Below, one piece after another: positions 17,982 through 27,450 of a stretch of 29,760 nt of DNA (position 1 is its first letter; the number at the start of each line of letters is the position of its first letter). The stretch is from positions 1-29,760 of the IMG/VR virus record IMGVR_UViG_3300030708_003538; one strand, written 5' to 3'. Position numbers and translations under genes: made by a program. The DNA comes from a virus (lineage: Duplodnaviria; Caudoviricetes). The notes under the pieces are model-generated. The model ran no database searches, had not been told where the DNA came from, and saw nothing but the letters and a program-made list of their open reading frames with translations.

Positions 17982-18810
17982 ATTGTTGAATTAGTTTCAA
18001 ACCTCGTTTGTATACGGATTTATCAATTAAACTATTATTACTTTTCCATTCTCTCTTATATAGACTTGATTTACCTAACGAGTCTAAATATATTGCTTTG
18101 GCAACTGCACAATCTTTACAATAATCCAATGGTTGGTTTTTGAGTGTCACAAAATTTTCAATAAGAATTTCTTTATCATACGGATAAATTTCTTTTTTCA
18201 CATGATGGATAGCATTACATCTATAAATACCATCAAATGTCATAACTCGACACATTTTCTGCTGATAACAATGGTAAAAAATAGATTTTATATCTGCATC
18301 CTTTGGTAAATTCATGTCGGTAACATCATAATCAAATTCTTTTTGCCAATGAATATTAATTTCATTTACTGATTCACTTAGTATTTTATATAGTTGGCTG
18401 GATTCAAATATCTGTGTGAAATCTTCTAATGAATTATCTTGTATGGGATATGCAGATATGTCAATCTTATCAATCTTTCGTAATGATTCAATGACATCTT
18501 TAGTCATATTAAGAGCATTTGTTGTTATATTCAATCGACTGAAAAATATACCCCTTCTTGTTTCGAGGTACTCAACAATCTCTCGGAAGTTTGGGTTTAT
18601 AGTTGGTTCCCCACCAAACAATTCAATCTCAGATAGACATAAATTCATATCTGTGATTTTTTTATCAAGGTAGATGATATCATTCAAGTCCATGTTTTTT
18701 TCTGCCGTAGAAAGACCTGTCATATTGTAATCTATAAATCCACAATTCTTACAATGAAGATTACATTTAGATGATATGGGTATTTGGAACCCACCTTGTA
18801 AAATTATCAT
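17974..18810 (-). CDS. Radical SAM protein with a C-terminal Cys-containing (twitch-like) region
   Basis: CNLHCKNC; LFGGEPT; ITTNA; later C...C...IYRC...CKDC. Confidence 0.88.
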   Translation of the reverse strand: MIILQGGFQIPISSKCNLHCKNCGFIDYNMTGLSTAEKNMDLNDIIYLDKKITDMNLCLSEIELFGGEPTINPNFREIVEYLETRRGIFFSRLNITTNALNMTKDVIESLRKIDKIDISAYPIQDNSLEDFTQIFESSQLYKILSESVNEINIHWQKEFDYDVTDMNLPKDADIKSIFYHCYQQKMCRVMTFDGIYRCNAIHHVKKEIYPYDKEILIENFVTLKNQPLDYCKDCAVAKAIYLDSLGKSSLYKREWKSNNSLIDKSVYKRGLKLIQQYD

Positions 18811-19727
18811 TTCACAACTGATAATATCTCAATCAACATGGCCATGGCGTTTATTTCTTTATCAACAACTTGTGAGTCACTTAACTCATACTTGGCTATA
18901 ATCAATATACAATCTGCCACATGACCTTTACCATATGAATCAACCTCATCGTATAACAACCTAAATAAATCAGCAAAGTCTGTAACTTTTGAATCAGCTA
19001 TCAACTGACGAATATTCTTGAAAGCGTTTTTTCTATCTTGAGTTTGAAGTATATCCAATAACTTCATTTTGTAATCATTCTCAACAATACTTTGTTTATC
19101 AATACTCAACTTACCATTATAAGATTGTCTCTGTGCTCCATTTATGACTCTTCTGATGTCAGGATATCCACTATTAACCAATATTCCCAAGTCTTCTCTT
19201 TCATAACTCACACCTTCATCTGTGAGTATATTATGTAGATGTTTAGCTACATCATTTTTATTCGGTGGTATCACTTGAAAAGATTGGCAACGACTTTGTA
19301 TTGGGTCGATGATTCTCTCTACAAAATTACAAGTCAAGATAAATCTACAATGTTTAGAGAAAGTCTCCATAAGGTTACGAAGAGCTGCTTGAGCGTTTGG
19401 AGTGATGTAGTCACACTCATCCAAGATAATAACCTTGTAATCCTTGAATCCCATTGTGGAGGCGAAGTTCTTGACCTTACTTCTGACGGTTTCCACATTG
19501 TTTTCATCCGAGGCGTTGATGTACAAATAATCACAATCTATATTATTTACAAGTAACTTGGCAAGAGTAGTTTTTCCAGTACCAGCCTTTCCAAATAATA
19601 ATAGATGTGGAAGGTCACCACTCTCAAGATAAACCTTGACCTTACTTTTTAATTGTTCATTTCCAATGTAAGTATCGAGAGTTTTAGGCCTGTATCTTTC
19701 AACCCAAAGTGTGTGTTTATTTTGCAT
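18807..19727 (-). CDS. Clamp-loader AAA+ ATPase (RFC small subunit / T4 gp44-like)
   Basis: LWVERYRP; Walker A GKAGTGKT; NASD; Walker B ILDECD; SRC arginine finger. Confidence 0.95.
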   Translation of the reverse strand: MQNKHTLWVERYRPKTLDTYIGNEQLKSKVKVYLESGDLPHLLLFGKAGTGKTTLAKLLVNNIDCDYLYINASDENNVETVRSKVKNFASTMGFKDYKVIILDECDYITPNAQAALRNLMETFSKHCRFILTCNFVERIIDPIQSRCQSFQVIPPNKNDVAKHLHNILTDEGVSYEREDLGILVNSGYPDIRRVINGAQRQSYNGKLSIDKQSIVENDYKMKLLDILQTQDRKNAFKNIRQLIADSKVTDFADLFRLLYDEVDSYGKGHVADCILIIAKYELSDSQVVDKEINAMAMLIEILSVVK

Positions 19728-20613
19728 TTTCTAATTCCTCTAAGTATTTTTTAAATTCAAATTCGAATATTTCTGAAGACATTTTGTTTTCGGAGAATCC
19801 ACCTTTTAGGTGAGTCAAGAATGGTTTATCATTATAATAATATGTATGTAAAGTATCTTCAGTTTCCCAATTGGGATTATCGTAGTATGGCCCTAAATGA
19901 AGATATTTCAAATCATTATATAAACAATACATTGTTGCCCCATGATTGGTATCTCCATAGTGCCAGTCTACATTATAATTATAAAAGAAATCTCTCTTAG
20001 TTAGGAAAAAGTACGCATCACTAACTCCGATTTTTTTTGTTTTGACATACCCACCATTATCCGGCATAAATTCTACTGGTTGTTCTAAAAAATTATCTAA
20101 TAACTCTTGATTCTCAAGATAAGTTGAAATCCATATTTTTTTATTATCAACTGAAATGTATTCTAAGTCTTCCTCGTTCATTTTCTTTATCATATCGTCA
20201 AGACAATCTTGATGATAAAATGTATCATTGTGTTGTAGTACAATGTACTCTCCTTTGGATTCTTGTATACCTACATGAAATGCCATTGAAGCCCACATTG
20301 TATCACAGCCGATATTATCCAAACTTAATTTATGATTTCTATGATTCATAAACTCAGGTATATTTCGTAGTTCTTCACTCGTGTAGGCTTGCCAACCTTT
20401 CACAACCTTAACATTTGGTAGTTCAATGTCTGACCAAGTGTGACTATTATCAACTAAAATTATTTCTTTTTCACATGAAAGTGAGTTTATATTTTTTATA
20501 GTTTTCATAGTGGAATAAATTACATTTGAAGTATTCGAATCTTCAAATCCACTATTAATATTTAAGAATCTATCTTTTTCCTTAGTCATGAATGGTAAAA
20601 TAAAACTAATCAT
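19717..20613 (-). CDS. GT-A fold glycosyltransferase (GT2-like)
   Basis: ISFILP; EIILVDNS; GIQESKGEYIVLQHND. Confidence 0.75.
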   Translation of the reverse strand: MISFILPFMTKEKDRFLNINSGFEDSNTSNVIYSTMKTIKNINSLSCEKEIILVDNSHTWSDIELPNVKVVKGWQAYTSEELRNIPEFMNHRNHKLSLDNIGCDTMWASMAFHVGIQESKGEYIVLQHNDTFYHQDCLDDMIKKMNEEDLEYISVDNKKIWISTYLENQELLDNFLEQPVEFMPDNGGYVKTKKIGVSDAYFFLTKRDFFYNYNVDWHYGDTNHGATMYCLYNDLKYLHLGPYYDNPNWETEDTLHTYYYNDKPFLTHLKGGFSENKMSSEIFEFEFKKYLEELENAK

Positions 20614-22790
20614 AACTCAACCTCACCTTTGATTTTTCCGTTATCATGATATATCTTAACAACTCCAACTGCTTTGCCGTTTTCGAATTCACTCTCCATT
20701 TGCTTATTACCATTTTGATACCAAAATGTCCAATCACCAGTCATCTTGTGATTCTTCATTTCACCCTCTGACCTTTTCACTCCATTACGGAACCACTCTT
20801 CAAACTTACCTTCAAGTTTGTTATTATCGTATACCTTAGATGTTTTAATCTGTTCATTAATATACCACTCTTCCCATAATCCATTTTTTCTACCATTTTT
20901 ATATTCACTCAAAGATTTTTTTTGTCCATCAGGATGAAATGTTTCGTATTTTCCGATTATCTTGGATTCGGAATAGTTGACCGATGAAAATAATTTACCA
21001 TTACTATGATAAGTTAAGAATAGTCCATCTAAAGAGCCATTTTTATATTTACAAACTTTCCATTTACCACCATTCGGATGATATTCCTCGTATTCTCCGT
21101 GTAAATATCCATCTTGATAATTTTGTTTTTTTCTTAAATTACCATCATCAAATTTTGATATCCACTCTCCGACTTTTTTATTGTTTTCGTATTGTCCAAC
21201 AACTAATTCTAAACCATCATCAGAATACCTTTTATATATTCCGTTCTTTACATCTCCAACATAATTAAATTCATATTGCTTAATGTCTGAACCTTCACTA
21301 TAATTAATCATTCTCTTTTGATGAGTTAGGTAGTTAAATTCACTAAGTACTTCACCACTATTTTCTTTATAAATTACAACTTTAAAAATTAGTCCATTTT
21401 CGTAAGTTTCTACTTTAGCAGGTTTATCACTATTTGGATAGAAATGTATTTTATCTCCATCCAATTTACCATTTTTATAATTGTACTCAATTGTATTGTT
21501 TCCATTTTCATCGTAATCAAACCATTTTCCATGTTTTTTATCGTCTTTATAATTACCTTTCATTGAAACATTACCATTTAAATTGTACTGAGTGTATTCA
21601 CCATCTAATCTTCCATCAGTATAAGTTTTGCTATTATATAGTTCACCGCTATCTAACCACCTTTTCCACTCTCCATGACGATTTCCATCCTCATAATTAC
21701 CAGCGTTTTCTACCAATCCATTTTCATAATAATATTTCCAATTTCCATTCTTTTTGTCATTTTTGTAATGACCTGAAAATTCAATTACTCCATCCCATCT
21801 CCATTTTTGGGAAATTCCTTCTTTCTTATTATCTTGGTAATTATCTTCTGACCATTGTTTTCCATTTTCATGATATGTTTTCCAACACCCGACCTTTTTC
21901 CCACCAAAATAAAATTTTTGCTCACTAAACTTACCATTAGGAAAAAAGTGAGACCATTCACCATGTGGTTGTCCATTTATAATTTCGTATTTTTGCCAAG
22001 TTTGTCCGTTTGGGTGGTCATATTTATGTTGTCCATCTGACATATCAACTTTGAAACCATCTTCCATTAATTCTTTCCACAAAGGATAGAATCTTAAGTT
22101 GTTCTCGTCCCAAGGTGGAAAGAATTGAAAAAAGTGTACTGCAGTTTTATCAGTATAATCATTCTCATCATAGTAGCCATTTTTCAACTTCGTAATATCC
22201 CAATCTACTTCATTCAATACAGGACATCTATTTACAAATTCATTACCAAGTTCTTTCCATTTTCCATAAAATACATTGTTGAATATACCTTGTTCTTTAT
22301 TCAAAGGATGTGTATATTTTTCAAATAATTCTAAATCATTTACCAATTTTTGAAAGTAATCCTCATCAATCATTTTACTATTGAATAGATTAAAACAATT
22401 TTGGAAAGCTCTTTTATCTTCACGAAATCTTAGACTTGGTGGAATGGTTTCAAATTGTTCACCAAATGTTAAATCATCATCATTGGCATAGATAAAGTTA
22501 GGGTCTCTACTTTCAAGTTTCAAATCGATTTTACCTGTAAACATAATATCTAAATCACAATAGAAAATCCAATCCCATTGTTTGAAATACTCATGAAAAA
22601 GAAAAATTTTGTAGAAATGTATTGAGGGATTTCCCTTCAATGGTTCCCAAAATTCAGATTCATTATTGATAGTTACAAAATCACCATCCCATTCACCGAC
22701 TTGTTTAGCACCATTTACCAACGACTTTACCATTGGTAGATATTTTTCATCAGCTAGAGTAACTAAAACTTTTTTTAATTTCTGTGCCAT
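20610..22790 (-). CDS. GT8-like glycosyltransferase fused to MORN-variant (YwqK-like) repeats
   Basis: First ~245 aa: ADEKY, FYKIFLF, FYCDLD (DxD), EQGIFN, VHF..PPW. Remaining ~475 aa: tandem ~24-aa G-x-W-x-x-Y-x-x-N-G units. No internal stop. Confidence 0.85.
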   Translation of the reverse strand: MAQKLKKVLVTLADEKYLPMVKSLVNGAKQVGEWDGDFVTINNESEFWEPLKGNPSIHFYKIFLFHEYFKQWDWIFYCDLDIMFTGKIDLKLESRDPNFIYANDDDLTFGEQFETIPPSLRFREDKRAFQNCFNLFNSKMIDEDYFQKLVNDLELFEKYTHPLNKEQGIFNNVFYGKWKELGNEFVNRCPVLNEVDWDITKLKNGYYDENDYTDKTAVHFFQFFPPWDENNLRFYPLWKELMEDGFKVDMSDGQHKYDHPNGQTWQKYEIINGQPHGEWSHFFPNGKFSEQKFYFGGKKVGCWKTYHENGKQWSEDNYQDNKKEGISQKWRWDGVIEFSGHYKNDKKNGNWKYYYENGLVENAGNYEDGNRHGEWKRWLDSGELYNSKTYTDGRLDGEYTQYNLNGNVSMKGNYKDDKKHGKWFDYDENGNNTIEYNYKNGKLDGDKIHFYPNSDKPAKVETYENGLIFKVVIYKENSGEVLSEFNYLTHQKRMINYSEGSDIKQYEFNYVGDVKNGIYKRYSDDGLELVVGQYENNKKVGEWISKFDDGNLRKKQNYQDGYLHGEYEEYHPNGGKWKVCKYKNGSLDGLFLTYHSNGKLFSSVNYSESKIIGKYETFHPDGQKKSLSEYKNGRKNGLWEEWYINEQIKTSKVYDNNKLEGKFEEWFRNGVKRSEGEMKNHKMTGDWTFWYQNGNKQMESEFENGKAVGVVKIYHDNGKIKGEVEL
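20613..22040 (-). repeat. Protein-level MORN-variant tandem repeat array (approximately 18-20 units)
   Basis: Units such as GNWKYYYENGLVENAGNYEDGNRH, GKWFDYDENG, GEYEEYHPNG, GLWEEWYINE, GDWTFWYQNG. Diverged at the DNA level; the count is approximate. Confidence 0.85.
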
Positions 22791-23635
22791 ATATTATTTT
22801 TATTTGGATATTGTTTTGAAGTCTTTATTTCTTTATCAAGTTGTAAAAAGTCATCCCAATATAAATACTTACCATTCCACTCAGATAATAAAAATTCTGC
22901 GTTATTGATATCGATTCCATTATTTTCATCTAAATAGTTTAATAAGTTTTCATATTCTATAAACCAACCATGATTATTTTTTTCTAATCCTTGACATTGC
23001 AATTTTACATTTTCTAATGTATTTGATGTCCACTTAAAGTGGTGATGTTGTAGGATTTTATCGGATATTTTATCTTTATTGATATTGTTAATTCCATGTA
23101 AACCATTTATTAGTTTTACATAACCTTTTGTTAATGATACCTTATCTAACCAACTTTCATAACCTTTTAAAACCATTGCAACATTTCCAACCAACGGAAA
23201 TCTGTCAAATATATTATCATTAAATCCCAAATCATACATTTTACCATCTTTGGAAATTCTATCCAAGAGTAGCCCGAAAACATAATCATAGTTATTTTTT
23301 TCATTATATTGAATTTCCTTTTTCACATCACCATCAAAATGAATAAACTCATCACAATCTATCGGTATCCACCAATCATTTGGTTTTGTTGATATTGTAC
23401 TGTTGAATATACTTGTTTTATATTCTTCATTGAATGTATTTCTATCTCGATGGTCACCAAAAGTTTCAATACCAAACTCTTTCATTATAGAAATTATTTC
23501 CTCAAAGTTGATTATATTTGAATCACCCCAAAGATTGATAAAAAAGTCATCTACTTTATCACTATAATATTTTAACCAATGATAAAATACTTCCGTGTCT
23601 AAAGTAGCACAAGTGGTTATGTATACTTTACTCAT
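22775..23635 (-). CDS. GT-A fold glycosyltransferase (GT2_4/GT92-like)
   Basis: WLKYY...VD.F; DWWIPIDCDEF; G.H; HHFKW. Start set at MSKVY (ATGA overlap). Confidence 0.75.
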   Translation of the reverse strand: MSKVYITTCATLDTEVFYHWLKYYSDKVDDFFINLWGDSNIINFEEIISIMKEFGIETFGDHRDRNTFNEEYKTSIFNSTISTKPNDWWIPIDCDEFIHFDGDVKKEIQYNEKNNYDYVFGLLLDRISKDGKMYDLGFNDNIFDRFPLVGNVAMVLKGYESWLDKVSLTKGYVKLINGLHGINNINKDKISDKILQHHHFKWTSNTLENVKLQCQGLEKNNHGWFIEYENLLNYLDENNGIDINNAEFLLSEWNGKYLYWDDFLQLDKEIKTSKQYPNKNNIWHRN

Positions 23636-24210
23636 AAATATTTTATCCAACTACCATCAATATAAACCATGTCAGGTTTTCCTAATGCTTCGTTGACAGC
23701 ATCTATCACACCAGTCCATGGCTCAACATAATCATGACCGCCTATCACACCATTGACTTTAATCTTTGGTAAATATAGTTGTAAATCTTTCTTTACACTT
23801 TGATATGAATGGTTTGCATCAATATAAATAAAATCTATATCATCTTCAAATTTATCTACAACATCTTCACTAAAAGCTTCCCAATGTATAATTCCATCAA
23901 AATTTCTTATGTTGGTACGAAATTCTTTTTTTACTTTATCCCAAGTGATATCGAAATCATCGTTGAATGGTTCTTCACCTTCATGTGGGTCTATGGCATT
24001 TATTTCGTGAAAGATACCCGAACATCCAAATAAAAAAGTTGATTCTCCCATGTAGGAACCAATTTCAATCATCTTTTTAGAATGCTGCTGGTCTTTGAAA
24101 TGTTCAACCAAATCATTTATCAAATGCGTCAACCCCATAAATGGACTATTGGCTTGTCCATTGTATGCCCACCAATTTTTGTTTGAATTAAATCTTTGAG
24201 TGTTCACCAT
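23632..24210 (-). CDS. Class I SAM-dependent methyltransferase (Methyltransf_24-like)
   Basis: IEIGSYMGEST; AIDP; DFIYIDANHSYQSVKKD; GGHDY. Start set at MVNTQ. Confidence 0.88.
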   Translation of the reverse strand: MVNTQRFNSNKNWWAYNGQANSPFMGLTHLINDLVEHFKDQQHSKKMIEIGSYMGESTFLFGCSGIFHEINAIDPHEGEEPFNDDFDITWDKVKKEFRTNIRNFDGIIHWEAFSEDVVDKFEDDIDFIYIDANHSYQSVKKDLQLYLPKIKVNGVIGGHDYVEPWTGVIDAVNEALGKPDMVYIDGSWIKYL

Positions 24211-24865
24211 AAAACCTTTTGTAATAATATCCCTTTTGAAAATTCTCACCAATCGGCTCAGTTGAATAATGACCTATGTAAACTCTACGAGGTAAGTTGG
24301 AGTTGTTTTTACCTGATTGATGAAATGTATTACCATCCATAACCAACACATCACCTTGAAGTAACTTTAAATCATCCCATTGTAATGTATTTCTATTTTT
24401 GACCTTGAATCCACCATTGTCATCATCTATGTCATCCAAGACAATCATACAATTCAATGTCTTTAAATCCCATCTATTTGGAAAGGGGCCGAATTGATTA
24501 TCTCTATGTGGTTCGAAAGAAAATTCTTCATTAGGAAGTTTGACCACCACTTGGTCATTAAATAAATAAATTTTATCTCTCATCAAATAAAATTTACATA
24601 TTTCATACATAAGTTGTGATGTATAAACATTAAATAATTTTTTGTTTTCACTATCATCGGCCAATGGTGACGATGATGCCATATCATGAAATCTACCATA
24701 GACACCTGAACCATTAGGTTTGGTATCCGTTTCAAATTTTGGATTCGAAATCATTCTATTCTTCAATTCCAAAGTGTATGATTTTAAATAGTCTATTGTT
24801 TCACGAGGAACTTCATTACTGAGAATATCGTAACCATTAGTATGAAAATTATTTATATTATTCAT
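24188..24865 (-). CDS. PhyH-like 2OG-Fe(II) dioxygenase
   Basis: NGY; PHRD (HxD); LDD...NGG; GDVLVMDGNTFHQSGKN...PRR. Confidence 0.9.
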   Translation of the reverse strand: MNNINNFHTNGYDILSNEVPRETIDYLKSYTLELKNRMISNPKFETDTKPNGSGVYGRFHDMASSSPLADDSENKKLFNVYTSQLMYEICKFYLMRDKIYLFNDQVVVKLPNEEFSFEPHRDNQFGPFPNRWDLKTLNCMIVLDDIDDDNGGFKVKNRNTLQWDDLKLLQGDVLVMDGNTFHQSGKNNSNLPRRVYIGHYSTEPIGENFQKGYYYKRFYGEHSKI

Positions 24866-25494
24866 TAAAATCCTTGTGCTAGGTAACCAACCATTAAATC
24901 TTCAACAGGAAACTTCTTACATAAAGTTCTTGCCAAATTTTCTTGTTCACCAATAAATATACTGAAATCTTTTGATACCATATAGAATTTTCCTTCATAA
25001 AATGGTATATCGGTTTTTATTACACTCATGTCGTATTGGAACTTATCTTTGTAATGACCTTCAAAGTAAATATCCCATATTTCCTTACTGAGAGGCTCTA
25101 AATAGTGAATACCCCAATAGTGTTCGTTGTTGTACTCTCCTACTTTTCTCCAAACTCTTTTATCCCACCTATCAAAACTATAACAAAATCCATCCCTTTC
25201 ATTTTCAAATAAATTTTTATATGTCATTTTTGATTGATAAAAATCCCAAGTATCATTGAATATAGTATCATCACATTTTATTAGGTAATCATAATCCTTA
25301 TTTTCACCACACCACTTCATCATCTTCTGAGTCTTGGATGGTAAATCTTGATAATCAGTATGGTAATCTCCACCCCACTCAATTACCTCTATATTGGAAT
25401 CTGATGATATATCTCTATAGAACTTCTGACTCTTAAAATAATCTAAGTGTTGCCTGTATTCTGAATCGGTATAAATTACAAAAAGATATTTCAT
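24865..25494 (-). CDS. GT31/galactosyltransferase-like glycosyltransferase
   Basis: YQDLPSKT; YDYLIKCDD; FYEG.FYMVS; EDLMVG, resembling the GT31 DDD and ED motifs. Confidence 0.7.
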   Translation of the reverse strand: MKYLFVIYTDSEYRQHLDYFKSQKFYRDISSDSNIEVIEWGGDYHTDYQDLPSKTQKMMKWCGENKDYDYLIKCDDTIFNDTWDFYQSKMTYKNLFENERDGFCYSFDRWDKRVWRKVGEYNNEHYWGIHYLEPLSKEIWDIYFEGHYKDKFQYDMSVIKTDIPFYEGKFYMVSKDFSIFIGEQENLARTLCKKFPVEDLMVGYLAQGF

Positions 25495-26234
25495 AAATAC
25501 AATCTTTTAAGTTTGTCAAAAAAAGAATCCGTATAATTACCCTCTTTGTCTATTTCATATTGTTCCCACATCGCGTTCCATAAATGAATTCCAAATGAAT
25601 CCTTTAAATCTAAATCTTCTGTCCATATCTTATGGTAATCTTGATAATCGATTGGACAAAATGTTTTTTTATTCTGAACAAAATAATACAATGATTTATC
25701 CTTTACTATATCAGTTAACATATCAGGCCCAATATCACCCCAAGAAATATCTTGTAGTCTATCACCTAAATTCCCTATTCTATCTAACCAATCTTCGAAG
25801 ACTTTTGACTTTTTTTCTTTTACATAGATAAAACAAGTTGCTATTGACAATTCACTTCCTACATGATTTTGTTTCACAAAAAAGTAATCATCTTGAATAT
25901 TGAATGGTTGAAGACAAACCACATCCATGTCCACCCAAATACCACCTTGTTGATATAATAATGTTGCACGAAACCAATCTGAAAATCCAGCCACACTTCC
26001 TTCACCAAATGGTTTTCCATTTATTATATGACCAGTATCTTTATATCGGAATATTTTATCTTCATGTATTATATCATTAGCATCTTTTAAATTTACATTA
26101 GATGGTATGTTATTTATATCTTGATATGTATATAGATTAAATTCGAAATCATTTTTAATCCAAGAGTTTATACTGATAATTTGAAGTGTAGATAGAGATT
26201 CACCTATCCAAAGTCCATTTACACTTTTTTCCAT
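25491..26234 (-). CDS. GT32-like (DxD sugar-binding) glycosyltransferase
   Basis: LWIG; SINSW; FSDWFR; GGIWVDMD; IGP; IHLWN. Start set at MEKSV. Confidence 0.88.
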   Translation of the reverse strand: MEKSVNGLWIGESLSTLQIISINSWIKNDFEFNLYTYQDINNIPSNVNLKDANDIIHEDKIFRYKDTGHIINGKPFGEGSVAGFSDWFRATLLYQQGGIWVDMDVVCLQPFNIQDDYFFVKQNHVGSELSIATCFIYVKEKKSKVFEDWLDRIGNLGDRLQDISWGDIGPDMLTDIVKDKSLYYFVQNKKTFCPIDYQDYHKIWTEDLDLKDSFGIHLWNAMWEQYEIDKEGNYTDSFFDKLKRLYL

Positions 26235-27430
26235 ATCCAAATCGGTTCTCCAAAGGCTATGTTTTCGGTTTCTTTAGCCTTCTCTTTAAGTTCATCAGAA
26301 TAATAATCACTCACACCCTTACCAGCTCCTGCAGAATTGAATCGTTTAGTCATCTCCATACCAATACAACCTTCATAATTTAGTCCTTGTGATTTTATGT
26401 AGTCATTCATAGAATTTGTAATATCTACATAACCTTTTACAGACTCATGATAAACATCTGCTATGTTGACGGCCAATATACCACCTTGTTTTAAAGTAGG
26501 GATTAATTTTCCGATTGTTTTGTGTAGAAAGTTTTTATTCCAACTATCGATTGTAGTATATCTCTTGTAACTCTGTGTTTCCTCATCACTATATTTCTCC
26601 ACATCAAAGTAAGGTGGTGATGTAAATATTGTATCGAAATAGTTTTCATAATCGGAATAATCCACATCTTCTGCTGGACTACAAATTAACTTTACTTCTT
26701 TTTCTTCTTCAAAGAATGTTTGATGTTTTTTGTAAAACTCAACTTGTCTTTTATAGTTTGGATGGTTTGTGGAGTTGGGGTCAATCCCAACGAATGATTT
26801 TGTTGTCTCTCCACAATAAAACCCAGCCAACCTATCACCCCAACCAGCACTAAAGTCGAGTACATTAACACTTCCAAAATAGTCATAAAATGCCTTTGCT
26901 ATACTTGGTTTGAATTGTGATGCCACATACTTTCTCAATGTTGTTGCCATCCGTATGGATTGTAAATCAACCTTTAATAACACCTTATCCAAAGTATAAA
27001 AGGCCCTCACAATAGTTTTTATTCCTTTGACAGTCTGCCATGTTTTCCATCCACTTGGCATCCTCGTCCAATCCACCTTCCACCTCGTCTCTATGTGAAA
27101 CGGATTGGAAGCATTATTTCCTTTATTGTCTCGTTTGAAATACTTTGGTGTTAGTTCGTATCTCGTATCCCTTTCGTTTCTTGGAAACCATTTACCTTCG
27201 ATGAGTAAATCAGGCCACTTCACACCTTTCAATCGGTTCAAACTTTTAAGAGTTTCCTTCTCTGATATCTCAGGTATCGGACATGGATATGTGTGGAGAG
27301 CCTTTGATAACTCCTCAATCACATCATCCTTTTCATATGTATCTAAAATATACTTCCATTCCTTTTCATCAATAAATAGGTATGGTTCCATATTGTAGAA
27401 CTTTTTGAAGTAATCTGTTATTTTTTCCAT
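26219..27430 (-). CDS. Orphan amino-group DNA methyltransferase (tandem paralog 2)
   Basis: SQFKP; LDFSAGWGDRLAG; FTSPPYFDVEKY. Start set at MEKIT. Confidence 0.88.
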   Translation of the reverse strand: MEKITDYFKKFYNMEPYLFIDEKEWKYILDTYEKDDVIEELSKALHTYPCPIPEISEKETLKSLNRLKGVKWPDLLIEGKWFPRNERDTRYELTPKYFKRDNKGNNASNPFHIETRWKVDWTRMPSGWKTWQTVKGIKTIVRAFYTLDKVLLKVDLQSIRMATTLRKYVASQFKPSIAKAFYDYFGSVNVLDFSAGWGDRLAGFYCGETTKSFVGIDPNSTNHPNYKRQVEFYKKHQTFFEEEKEVKLICSPAEDVDYSDYENYFDTIFTSPPYFDVEKYSDEETQSYKRYTTIDSWNKNFLHKTIGKLIPTLKQGGILAVNIADVYHESVKGYVDITNSMNDYIKSQGLNYEGCIGMEMTKRFNSAGAGKGVSDYYSDELKEKAKETENIAFGEPIWIWKKV

Positions 27431-27450
27431 ACCCAAATCGGTTCTCCAAA
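26225..27450. repeat. 30-bp near-identical direct repeat (26225-26254 and 27421-27450) at the 3' ends of the tandem MTase genes
   Basis: ttttttccata[t/c]ccaaatcggttctccaaa, 29/30 identical. Confidence 0.85.

Noticed and set aside
18807-19727. Archaeal or eukaryotic chromosome origin suggested by the RFC-like gene
   Set aside because: A gp62-like subunit, an outer-membrane barrel, bacterial SD and promoter signals, and phage-like packing fit a bacteriophage better.
20613-22040. YwqK antitoxin of a toxin-antitoxin pair
   Set aside because: The similarity reflects only the MORN-variant repeats. No toxin gene is adjacent and the repeats are fused to a glycosyltransferase.
27418-27432. Programmed -1 frameshift fusing the two tandem MTases at TGG AAA AAA TAA
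   Set aside because: G-AAA-AAA is not a canonical X-XXY-YYZ heptamer in this frame, no stimulatory structure was seen, and an in-frame ATG explains the overlap.
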